A stretch of 64,000 nucleotides of DNA, taken from an uncultured Chitinophaga sp. GTDB lineage: Bacteria; Planctomycetota; Phycisphaerae; Phycisphaerales; SM1A02. Positions 51,127 through 59,552 of this stretch are shown here, in pieces; position 1 is the first letter of the stretch; each line of letters opens with the position of its first letter. The position numbers and the translations under genes were made by a program. The stretch is taken from assembly GCA_964440815.1 (NCBI GenBank), contig CAYTYU010000001.1, forward strand, positions 5,646 to 69,645, written 5' to 3'. The notes beneath the pieces were generated by a model. The model saw only the letters and a list, made by a program, of their open reading frames with translations. It had not been told where the DNA came from and searched no databases.

Positions 51127-53310
51127 ATGGCCGAGGCCATTCCGAACGATTTTGGCGCCCCAAACGGCGAGGAAAGGGCGCTTTCCTCGGCGACGGTGGC
51201 CCTCTTGGTGCATCTGGCCCGCGGTGCCGGCACCGACTTCCGGTCCCAGGACGCCGGGGCGTCGATGGCCTCCTCGGCCGGCCAGGAGCCGCTCGAACGG
51301 CTGCGGCTGGCCGCGGCCGAGATGGGGCTCGAGGCAAGCCCGTACCGCCTGAGCGTCGCCGACGCAGTCTGGCTCGCCGACGACGCGCTGCCGCTCGTGG
51401 CGTGGTCATCCACGCGGAGGGCCTGGGTGGCCATCACCCGTCACGGCATGCTCCGTGCGCGGGCCTGGACCTCGGACCTGCCCGAGGAACTGCCGCGCCC
51501 GATGTCGCGCCGCGCGCTGGTCGAGTTCCTGGGCGCCGCGGATGCCGAGTCGCCGATCGACCTGGCGCTGGTCCGGCCGCAGCTTCCTGCCGACGGCCTG
51601 CGTGCCGGCGACGGCCACGACGCCTCGGGCCATGGCGACCACCATGATGGGTCGCCGCTGGCACGGATGGCCGGGCTCATGCGCCCCGAGATGCCCGAGG
51701 TGTGGTCGATCATCGCCTTCAGCGCGATCACCGGCCTCCTGTACCTGGCGCTGCCGCTTGCGGTCAACGCGTTCGTCAGCAACCTGTCCTTCGGCGCGAC
51801 GAGCGGCCCGTTCATCCAGGCGCTGCTGGCCATCGGCGGGGTGCTCCTCATCTGCCTGACGGTCGGCGCCGCGCTCCGCGCGGTGCAGTACGTGGTGGTC
51901 GAGGTGGTGCAGCGGCGCATCTTCGTGCGCGTGGCGGCCGACCTTGCGCACCGGCTGCCGAACGTTGACCTGGCCTCGCTCGACCGCGTGCACGCGCCCG
52001 AGCTGATGAACCGCTTCCTGGAGGTGATCACCGTCCAGAAGAGCGCGTCGATGATCCTGCTCACCGGCATCAACGTGGTGCTCGGCGCGGCCATCGGGCT
52101 GACGGTGCTGGCCTTCTACCACCCGTTCCTGCTCGCGTTCTCGGCGATGCTCCTGATCGCGATGGCGGCGATCGTCTTCGTCGGCGGGCGCGGCGCGCTG
52201 TCGACGAGCATCCGGGAATCGGTCCGCAAGTACCAGGTCGTCGACTGGCTCGAGGAACTCGCCCGCTACCCGAAGCTCTTCAAGGGCCCCGGCGGCGCGG
52301 GACTGGCCATGTCGCGGACCGATGACCTCGCGCGCGGCTACCTGCTGGCGCGGCGCGCGCACTTCCGGATCCTGATCCGGCAGATCGCGTCGCTCTTGGT
52401 GCTGGAGGTGGTGTCCTCCACGGCGCTCCTGGTCGGCGGCGGATGGCTCGTCCTCAACCAGCAGCTCACGCTCGGCCAGCTGGTCGCCGCGGAGATCATC
52501 GTCGCCGCGGTGGTGGCGTCGATCGCACGCCTCGGCAAGCAGTTCGAGGCGTGGTACGACGCGGTTGCCGCGGTCGACAAGCTGGGACTGCTCTCCGACC
52601 TTCGCCTCGAGCGCGCGGGCGGCGAGAGCCCCGCCGCATCGGCCGGCGGCATGGCGATCGACGTGCACGAGGTGACCCGCCCCCGCCCCGACGGAACTCC
52701 GGGGCTCGCGAGCTTCTCGATGCGCGCCGCGCCCGGCGAGCGCATCGCCGTGCTCGGCGCCCGCGGCAGCGGTACCACCGCGCTGCTCGAGGTGATCGCG
52801 GGCATGCGCCGGCCCGACGAAGGCCATGTCGCCCTCGACGGCGTCGACCTGCGCTCCTGGGACCTGCGCGCGCTGCACGAGCGCTCGATGCTGCTGAGTG
52901 CCAACGACCTGTTCGGCGGCACCATCGCCGACAACCTGCGCATGGGGCGCGGGTGGATCTCGGCCGCGGACCTGCAGGGAGCGCTTGAGCGCGTGGGCGT
53001 GGGCGCGGACGTGCGCGCGATGCCCGAGGCCGGCGAGGCGACGATCCTGACCGGCGGCCAGCCGCTCAGCGGGCGGCAACGGGCGAAGCTCGTGCTCGCG
53101 CGGGCGCTCCTGGCGCGGCCGTCGCTCCTCCTCGTCGACCAGCTGCTCGACGGCCTCGACGAGCAGTCGCGCGCCGACATGGCGTCCATCCTGCTCGACC
53201 CGCAGATGCCGTGGACGGTGGTGATCGCCACGCGCGACCCGCGCGTGGCCGCGCGCTTCCCGCGGACGGTGGACCTCGATGCGGCGAAGGGAGGGAGCGA
53301 CCGTGGGTAG
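51127..53310 (+). CDS. C39-like-domain ABC exporter (T1SS/bacteriocin-exporter architecture) with degenerate nucleotide-binding domain
   Basis: The N-terminal ~150 aa have the peptidase-C39-like layout without the catalytic Cys. A His/Asp linker (GHGDHHDG) and a 6-TM exporter domain follow. The NBD has Walker A GARGSGTT (Lys replaced by Thr), signature LSGRQ, Walker B LLLVDQ (Glu replaced by Gln) and H-loop VVIATRD (His replaced by Thr). Confidence 0.8.
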   Translation: MAEAIPNDFGAPNGEERALSSATVALLVHLARGAGTDFRSQDAGASMASSAGQEPLERLRLAAAEMGLEASPYRLSVADAVWLADDALPLVAWSSTRRAWVAITRHGMLRARAWTSDLPEELPRPMSRRALVEFLGAADAESPIDLALVRPQLPADGLRAGDGHDASGHGDHHDGSPLARMAGLMRPEMPEVWSIIAFSAITGLLYLALPLAVNAFVSNLSFGATSGPFIQALLAIGGVLLICLTVGAALRAVQYVVVEVVQRRIFVRVAADLAHRLPNVDLASLDRVHAPELMNRFLEVITVQKSASMILLTGINVVLGAAIGLTVLAFYHPFLLAFSAMLLIAMAAIVFVGGRGALSTSIRESVRKYQVVDWLEELARYPKLFKGPGGAGLAMSRTDDLARGYLLARRAHFRILIRQIASLLVLEVVSSTALLVGGGWLVLNQQLTLGQLVAAEIIVAAVVASIARLGKQFEAWYDAVAAVDKLGLLSDLRLERAGGESPAASAGGMAIDVHEVTRPRPDGTPGLASFSMRAAPGERIAVLGARGSGTTALLEVIAGMRRPDEGHVALDGVDLRSWDLRALHERSMLLSANDLFGGTIADNLRMGRGWISAADLQGALERVGVGADVRAMPEAGEATILTGGQPLSGRQRAKLVLARALLARPSLLLVDQLLDGLDEQSRADMASILLDPQMPWTVVIATRDPRVAARFPRTVDLDAAKGGSDRG

Positions 53311-54601
53311 CGGCCACTCCCTGAACCGGCGCGCGGGCGACGGCATCGTCGAGGTGCCGCTGCCGTCGCTTGCGCTCGCCGGCACCGGGCGCGGAACGCG
53401 CATCCTGGCGCGGGCGCTCGCCCTGGTTGCCCTGGCGGTGGTGCTCGGCATCGCGTTCCTGCCGTGGCAGCAGTCGGTGCAGGGCACCGGGCGCGTGATC
53501 GCGTTCAACCCGCTCGACCGGCGCGTCTCGATCGAGGCCCCGGTGAACGGGCGCGTGAAGAAGCTGCACGTGGTGGAGAACCAGCGCGTGCGCAAGGGCG
53601 ACCTGATCGTCGAGATCCAGGACAACGACCCGAACCTCATCGCGAACCTCCGCTCGCAGCACGACGCGGCGATCTCGCGCCGCGCCGCCGCGCAGCAGCG
53701 CATGGATGACCTCACGGCACAGATCGCCAACCAGGAGCTGGCCAAGCCCCAGGCAGTCGACCAGGCGCAGCAGCGGATCAATGCCGAGCAGTACCTCTTC
53801 GAGACCAACCAGCTCAACTTCAAGCGCATGCAGCAGCTGGTGACCACCGGCGACGTGTCGCAGCGCGACTACGAGCTCTCGAAGCTGGCCTACGACAGCT
53901 CGCGCGCGAACCTGGCGGCCGCGAAGGCGAGCCTGGAGCGCACCGCCCGCGAGTTCGACGCCGCGATCAGCGCCACGAAGGCCAGCCGCGGCACCGCCGA
54001 GGCCGACCGTGCGGCGGCCGACCGCGAGATCGCCTCGATCGACATCCAGATCAGCCAGAGCTCGCAGCAGGTGGTCGAGGCGCCGCGCGACGGCATCGTG
54101 ATGAGCGTCTCGGCGACCGAGGGCACCTACCTCAAGCCCGGCACGCCGATCTGCGTGGTGATCCCGGAGACCGAGGACCGCTTCGTCGAGGTGTGGGTCG
54201 ACGGCATGGACATGCCGCTCATCACGCCGCGGCAGCAGGGCCCCGGCGGCTCGGTCGTGCGCGGCAGCCTGGCGCGCCTGCAGTTCGAGGGCTGGCCGGC
54301 CATCCAGTTCGTCGGCTGGCCGAGCGTGGCGATCGGCACCTTCGGCGGCGAGGTCATCTCGATCGACGCCGCCGACGACGGCCGCGGGCGGTTCCGCATC
54401 ATCATCGCGCCCGAGCACCTGGGGGGCGACGAGGCGTGGCCGGGCACGCAGTTCCTGCGCCAGGGGGTGCGCGCCAACGCGTGGGTGCTGCTCAGGCAGG
54501 TGCCGCTCTGGTTCGAGCTCTGGCGCCAGCTGAACGGCTTCCCGCCGGTGGTGGCGGACAAGGCGCCGGACGCCAAGAAGATGAACGACGAGGAGGAGTG
54601 A
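53303..54601 (+). CDS. HlyD-family secretion (membrane fusion) protein
   Basis: GTG 53303 with GGGAGGGAG SD (ATG 53279 is an alternative). It has an N-terminal TM anchor, the lipoyl motif IEAPVNGRVKKLHVVENQRVRKGDLIVEI, a long coiled coil, then VVEAPRDGIVMSV. Confidence 0.8.
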   Translation: MGSGHSLNRRAGDGIVEVPLPSLALAGTGRGTRILARALALVALAVVLGIAFLPWQQSVQGTGRVIAFNPLDRRVSIEAPVNGRVKKLHVVENQRVRKGDLIVEIQDNDPNLIANLRSQHDAAISRRAAAQQRMDDLTAQIANQELAKPQAVDQAQQRINAEQYLFETNQLNFKRMQQLVTTGDVSQRDYELSKLAYDSSRANLAAAKASLERTAREFDAAISATKASRGTAEADRAAADREIASIDIQISQSSQQVVEAPRDGIVMSVSATEGTYLKPGTPICVVIPETEDRFVEVWVDGMDMPLITPRQQGPGGSVVRGSLARLQFEGWPAIQFVGWPSVAIGTFGGEVISIDAADDGRGRFRIIIAPEHLGGDEAWPGTQFLRQGVRANAWVLLRQVPLWFELWRQLNGFPPVVADKAPDAKKMNDEEE

Positions 54602-54629
54602 TCCCCGTCGCGGGCGGCGCCCGGCGCGC

Positions 54630-55442
54630 TCATCGGTACTGCGTGCGGACCAGTTCGACCGCCGAATCGTCGAAGCGGTCGTCGCGGCGCATCTGGCCGA
54701 AGAGCCCGAGGAGCTCGGCCTCCGTGAGGCGGCGCTTCTCCGGGCCCGAGACGTCGAGGTAGACCCGGCCCCGGTGCATGGCGACCAGCCGGTCGCCGAG
54801 CGTCGCCGCCTGCTGCATCGAGTGGGTCACCATGATGGTGGTGGAGCTCGACTTCGCCACCAGCCGCGTGGTGAGCCCGATGACCAGCTCCGCGCTGCGC
54901 GGGTCGAGCGCCGCGGTGTGCTCGTCGAGCAGGAGCACCGGCGGGTTCGTGAGCGTCGCCATCAGCAGCGTGATCGACTGGCGCTGGCCACCCGAGAGCA
55001 GGCCGATCGGGTCGTCGAGGCGGTGCTCAAGCCCGAGGCCGATCTGCGCCAGCAACTCGCGCCACTCGCCGCGGCGAGCGCCGCGAAGGAGCGGGGCGAG
55101 GGTGCGCCACCGGCCGCGCTTGGAGGCGAGCGCGAGGTTCTCCGCGACCGTGAGCCCCGGCGCCGTGCCGGCGAACGGGTCCTGGAAGACGCGGCCCACC
55201 AGGTGGGCGCGCCGGTGCTCGGGCCAGCGCGTGATGTCGCGGCCGTCGACCGAGATCGCGCCCGCGTCGAGCTCGAATGCGCCGCTCACGGCGCCCTGCA
55301 GCGTGCTCTTGCCGGATCCGTTGGTGCCGATCACGACGGTGAACGAGCCGGGCGCGAACTCGAGGGTCACGCCCGCGAGCGCGCGCACCTCGTTGGCGGT
55401 GCCGGGGTTGAAGGTCTTGCGGACCGCGTCAAGCCGCAGCAC
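54630..55442 (-). CDS. ABC transporter ATP-binding protein (COG1101-type, uptake system of unknown substrate)
   Basis: GTG 55442 with GGGGAGG SD. It has Walker A GTNGSGKST, signature LSGGQRQ, Walker B LLLDEHTAALD and H-loop MVTHS, all canonical. Confidence 0.85.
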   Translation of the reverse strand: MLRLDAVRKTFNPGTANEVRALAGVTLEFAPGSFTVVIGTNGSGKSTLQGAVSGAFELDAGAISVDGRDITRWPEHRRAHLVGRVFQDPFAGTAPGLTVAENLALASKRGRWRTLAPLLRGARRGEWRELLAQIGLGLEHRLDDPIGLLSGGQRQSITLLMATLTNPPVLLLDEHTAALDPRSAELVIGLTTRLVAKSSSTTIMVTHSMQQAATLGDRLVAMHRGRVYLDVSGPEKRRLTEAELLGLFGQMRRDDRFDDSAVELVRTQYR

Positions 55443-56364
55443 GGCCGCCTCCCCGCCTGCGCGCCATGGACTGGATCCACCCCGGGCCGACGATCGCGGC
55501 CAGCACCACCACGGCGGTGACGAGCTTGAGGTCGTTGGCGTCGAGTCCCATGCGGATCGCGATGGCGACCAGCAGCCGGAACAGCACCGCGCCCATGACC
55601 GCCCCGACCACCGCAAGCGTCACCGAGCGCACCGGCCCGACGAGCGTCTGGCCGAGGATCACGCTCGCCAGCCCGAGCACGATGACGCCGATCCCCATCT
55701 GTGCGTCGGCGAAGGCCTGCATCTGGGCGAAGAGCGAGCCGGAGAGCGCGACGAGGCCGTTGGACATCGCGAGTCCCAGGATCGTCATGCGGTCGGTGCT
55801 GGTGCCGAGCGCCCGCAGCATGCGGGCGTTGTCGCCGGTGGCGCGCATGGCGGCGCCGAGCTCGGTCTTCAGGAAGAGGGCAAGCAGCGTGGTGGTCACG
55901 GCGGCCGCCAGCAGCGCGGTCGCCAGCAGCCCGACGTCGCCGCTCGGCGCGGTGCGCCCGAGGATGCGCACCTCCGGTCCGAAGGCATCGCGCGCCGCGC
56001 GCTCGATGCCGGTGAAGACGGTGGCGGCATTGATGGGCAGGTTGCTCGCCCCCATCACCCGCAGGTTGACGGAGTAGAGCGCCGTCATCACCAGGATGCC
56101 GGCGAGCAGCGCGTTCACCTTGAAGCGGACGTGGATGACGCCCGTGACCGCTCCGGCCGCGAGGCCGCATGCGGCGCCCACCGCGGTCGCCGCGATCGGA
56201 CCATGCCCATCCTTCAGGAGCCGCGCGGTGACCGCCGCGCCGAGCGGGAAGGACCCGTCGGCCGTGATGTCCGGCATCTGGTAGACGCGGAACGACAGGA
56301 AGACCCCGAGCGCCAGGATCGCGAAGATCAGCCCGATGGCGAGCGTGGCGAGGAGCAGGCTCAC
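55429..56364 (-). CDS. ABC transporter permease (COG4120 / branched-chain-type permease fold)
   Basis: GTG 56364 (GGGAGG SD) overlaps the upstream stop (GTGA). The sequence VSLLLATLAIGLIFAILALGVFLSFRVYQMPDITADGSF.. is typical of this permease family. About 8-9 TM. Confidence 0.8.
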   Translation of the reverse strand: MSLLLATLAIGLIFAILALGVFLSFRVYQMPDITADGSFPLGAAVTARLLKDGHGPIAATAVGAACGLAAGAVTGVIHVRFKVNALLAGILVMTALYSVNLRVMGASNLPINAATVFTGIERAARDAFGPEVRILGRTAPSGDVGLLATALLAAAVTTTLLALFLKTELGAAMRATGDNARMLRALGTSTDRMTILGLAMSNGLVALSGSLFAQMQAFADAQMGIGVIVLGLASVILGQTLVGPVRSVTLAVVGAVMGAVLFRLLVAIAIRMGLDANDLKLVTAVVVLAAIVGPGWIQSMARRRGGGRAAA

Positions 56365-57497
56365 GCCGGGCCTCCCTCGGTGCGGAATGCCCAGAGCGAT
56401 CCGCGAACGAACGACGACTCGGTGCCGTCCGGCGCGCGCAAGGCGTGCATCACCGCGCGCAACGGCTGCTCGGCCAGGACCTGGCCGGCGGCGGTGACGG
56501 CACGTGCCTGCTGCGGCATCGGCCGATAGCCGGTGACCGCGACGTGCGCATGGAGGCACGGGCCGGCTGCGTCGCCGGATGCGAAGGCGACCGCGACCAT
56601 CGTCTCGCCGCGGTGCATCGGCTCGCCGGCGAAGCGGATCGCGCGGCGCAGTTCGTCGGGCGGCATGGCGCCGGGTGCCGCTGCCCAGAGATCCGGCGAG
56701 GACCGCGCCCACGCGCCGAAGGCACCCGCGCACTCGCCGCAGGCGACGAACGCGACCGGGCCGCCGAGGGCACGCACGAGTGCGCGCGCGATCGAGGAGA
56801 CCGTGACGGCGCCTGCGACCGTGCCTGCGCCCGCTGCCTCGAAGTGACCGTGCCAGGACGGCTCGGCATTCGCCACCAGCGCGTCCCGTGCCTGCACGGT
56901 GACGGTGCCGGCGTCGGTCGAGGCCATGCAGTCGGCGCGGGGCGCGTCGGCGGGCAGGACCACGGCCGTGCCGCCTGCCACCAGCCCGTCGCCGTAGAGG
57001 CCGGCTGCCGACGGCTCGTCGGGCGCAAGCGCCACGTGCCCGAGCGCCACGGCATGCGGACCGACTGCCACGCTGCCGCGCTGCACGCGCGCCAGCGGCG
57101 CCGGCACGTCGGCCGCGGCCGTGCGCTCGATCGAGCCGGACCAGCCGTCGCCGATCTCGCGCGACTCGCGCACCGTGGCCGGGCGCGCGGGCTCCGCGCG
57201 CAGCCCGAGCAGCGCGTCGAGCTTGGCCACGCGCAGCATGTCGCGCACGGGGTCGCTTGCCCCGACGATGACGAGCGTGCCGCCGACCGCGCGGAAGCGG
57301 GTGAGCGCGCGCAGGATGGTGCCGATCCCCACCGACGACACGAACGTCGTCTCGCGCATGTCGAGCTCGATGCGCGGTCGGCCCATGCGGATCGCGTCCT
57401 CGAGCGCCGCCGCGACCGACTCGCTCCAGGCGGCATCGAGCCGGCCGACGAGGGCCAGGCACGCGGCATGCGCGGCGTCGGTGCGTTCGATCCTCAC
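56361..57497 (-). CDS. STAS (SpoIIAA-like) domain protein with ~270-aa C-terminal domain of unknown type
   Basis: GTG 57497 overlaps the stop of the binding-protein gene (GTGA). The first ~100 aa, ..LVGRLDAAWSESVAAALEDAIRMGRPRIELDMRETTFVSSVGIGTILRALTRFRAVGGTLVIVGASDPVRDMLRVAKLD, match the anti-sigma-antagonist/STAS pattern. I do not recognise the rest. Confidence 0.6.
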   Translation of the reverse strand: MRIERTDAAHAACLALVGRLDAAWSESVAAALEDAIRMGRPRIELDMRETTFVSSVGIGTILRALTRFRAVGGTLVIVGASDPVRDMLRVAKLDALLGLRAEPARPATVRESREIGDGWSGSIERTAAADVPAPLARVQRGSVAVGPHAVALGHVALAPDEPSAAGLYGDGLVAGGTAVVLPADAPRADCMASTDAGTVTVQARDALVANAEPSWHGHFEAAGAGTVAGAVTVSSIARALVRALGGPVAFVACGECAGAFGAWARSSPDLWAAAPGAMPPDELRRAIRFAGEPMHRGETMVAVAFASGDAAGPCLHAHVAVTGYRPMPQQARAVTAAGQVLAEQPLRAVMHALRAPDGTESSFVRGSLWAFRTEGGPA

Positions 57498-59536
57498 GGC
57501 GCGGGGTCTCCCTCGCGGACCACGGTCGCTTCCTTGAGGATCTCGGGCGGGACCCGGATCCCGAAGCGCCGCAGGCGCTCCGGGTTCGCGTAGAGCACGG
57601 TGCGCTGCGTGTCGGCGAACGGGATGCCGGCGACCGCCTCGCCCGCGAGCACGCGCTTGACGAGCCGCGCGGAGACGCGCCCGACGTCCTCGAAGTCGCG
57701 TGCCACCGCAAACGTCGCGCCGGCGCGCATCGAGCCCGGCGTGAACGAGAACACGGGGATCCCCGCGCGGTCGGCCGCCCGGACGATGGTCGAGAAGCCC
57801 ATGCTCGACGCGTTGTCGCTGACCTGCGCCACCGCGTCGATGCCCTGCGTCACCAGGCCGTCGGCCGCCTCGGCAAGCTCCGTGGGCCGGTCCGCGCCTG
57901 CGGCGACGAGCTCGATGCCGGCGGCCGCAAGCGCCTTGCGCCACGATTCCTTGTTGTAGACGCTGTTGGCCTCGCCGGGCGCGAACACCGTGCCCACGCG
58001 CCGCACGCCCGGCATGGAGGCCTTCAGCACCTCGATCATGCGCGTCCAGTCGCCCTCGATCTGCGCGCCGGTGACGTTGGGCAGGTGGTCGGTCGCGCTG
58101 CGGCCGACGCCCGCCTCGATGCCCGACGCCACCAGCGAGAACACCACGGGCAGGTCCCCGATCCTGCGCGAGACCGCCTGCAGCGCGGGCGTCGTGAACG
58201 GGACGACCACGTCGGGCCGCTCCGCGGCGACTGCCGCGACGATGGTGCCGAGGGTGCCGATGTCGAGCTGCGCGTCGCGGAGCACGATGCGCGCGCCGAC
58301 GCCGTCACCGAGGCCGACGGCCTCCATCTCGGCGAGGAAGCCGCGGTAGGCGTCCTCGAAGTTCGGGGTCCGGCTGTAGGTGATTGCGGCGACCATGGGC
58401 AGGTGGCCGCTGGCCGTGCGCGTCGCCGCGCGTGCGGCGAGCGCCGCGAGCATCCGCGCCACCGCCGGGGGGACGTCGGAGCGCTCGACCGCCTGGGTGC
58501 GCGCGGCGCCGCCCTCGAGGATGCGCTCGGCCGCGCGCTCGAGATCCGCGGGTCGCCGCCATCCCGCGCCGAAGCCGTCGTAGTTGAGCCAGACGGCAAC
58601 GGGCACGAAGTTGTCGCAGGGAATGTCCCGCGGCGGCGTGCCCGCGAGCACCAGCTCGGCGATCGCGCCCGTCGACGTCCCCATGGCGGCGTAGTCCGCG
58701 CCGTAGTTGATTGCGGCGCCCAGCTCGGCCATCGCGGGGAAGTTGGTGATCACCGGCACGCCCGAGCGCCGGCAGCGCTCGATGACCGGCTTCGCGGCGG
58801 CGATCACGTTGGTGTCCGCGAGGATCCAGAAGCAGTCGATCCCGCGCGACAGGACGACGTCCGCGGCGGAGACCGCCTCGGTGACGTTCGCGCCGTTCGC
58901 CTCGACGAGCTCCATGCCGAGCTTGGCGCACACCTCGCGCCCGAGCTTCACCGACGCCTCGGCGTTCGGCTCGGCGGGGTTCCACACGCAGCCCACGCGG
59001 CGTGCGCCCGGCGCCGCCGCGTGCAGGGCGCCGAAGAGGAGCTCCGCCGGCTGCAGGGTGCCGAATCCCGCGACGTGCTCGGGCCGCGTCGAGCCCGGCG
59101 TCCACGGCCCGAGCGGCACGCCGATCCCGGGCGGCGACGCCACGAGCCCGAACACCTGCGGCACGCCCGTTCGGTTGGCGCGCATCACCGCCTGGGTGGC
59201 GGGCGTCGAGAGCGAGATCACCAGGTCGAAGGGCGGCGATGCGCCGCACGCCTGCGCGGCCATCTGGCCGAGGGTCCCGACGTCCCCCTCGGCGTTGAAG
59301 CGCTCGATCACCGTGCCGGCCGCGGCCGTGTATCCGGCGGTTTCGAGGCGTGCGACCAGCGCGTCGCGCGCGGTGCTCATCGCGTCGATCGAGCTGATCT
59401 GGACGATGGCGATGCGCTTCGCCTCCGTCCCGCCCGCCGCGGGACGCGCGCGCGAGCGATCCGTCAGGACGAGCACCGCCGAGGCGGCGGCGATCAGCAG
59501 GATCCCGAGGAGGAGTCGGCGCGCGGTGGCGAGCAT
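57494..59536 (-). CDS. ABC transporter substrate-binding protein, tandem duplication of the COG2984 (ABC_sub_bind) domain, N-terminal membrane anchor
   Basis: Two ~320-aa halves share the same layout (KRIAIVQISS..FDLVISLSTPATQAV..VPQVFGLVASP.. and PMVAAITYSR..PDVVVPFTTPALQAV..LPVVFSLVASG..). There is a single N-terminal hydrophobic anchor. Confidence 0.75.
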   Translation of the reverse strand: MLATARRLLLGILLIAAASAVLVLTDRSRARPAAGGTEAKRIAIVQISSIDAMSTARDALVARLETAGYTAAAGTVIERFNAEGDVGTLGQMAAQACGASPPFDLVISLSTPATQAVMRANRTGVPQVFGLVASPPGIGVPLGPWTPGSTRPEHVAGFGTLQPAELLFGALHAAAPGARRVGCVWNPAEPNAEASVKLGREVCAKLGMELVEANGANVTEAVSAADVVLSRGIDCFWILADTNVIAAAKPVIERCRRSGVPVITNFPAMAELGAAINYGADYAAMGTSTGAIAELVLAGTPPRDIPCDNFVPVAVWLNYDGFGAGWRRPADLERAAERILEGGAARTQAVERSDVPPAVARMLAALAARAATRTASGHLPMVAAITYSRTPNFEDAYRGFLAEMEAVGLGDGVGARIVLRDAQLDIGTLGTIVAAVAAERPDVVVPFTTPALQAVSRRIGDLPVVFSLVASGIEAGVGRSATDHLPNVTGAQIEGDWTRMIEVLKASMPGVRRVGTVFAPGEANSVYNKESWRKALAAAGIELVAAGADRPTELAEAADGLVTQGIDAVAQVSDNASSMGFSTIVRAADRAGIPVFSFTPGSMRAGATFAVARDFEDVGRVSARLVKRVLAGEAVAGIPFADTQRTVLYANPERLRRFGIRVPPEILKEATVVREGDPAP

Positions 59537-59552
59537 GCGTGTCGCCGGCCGG

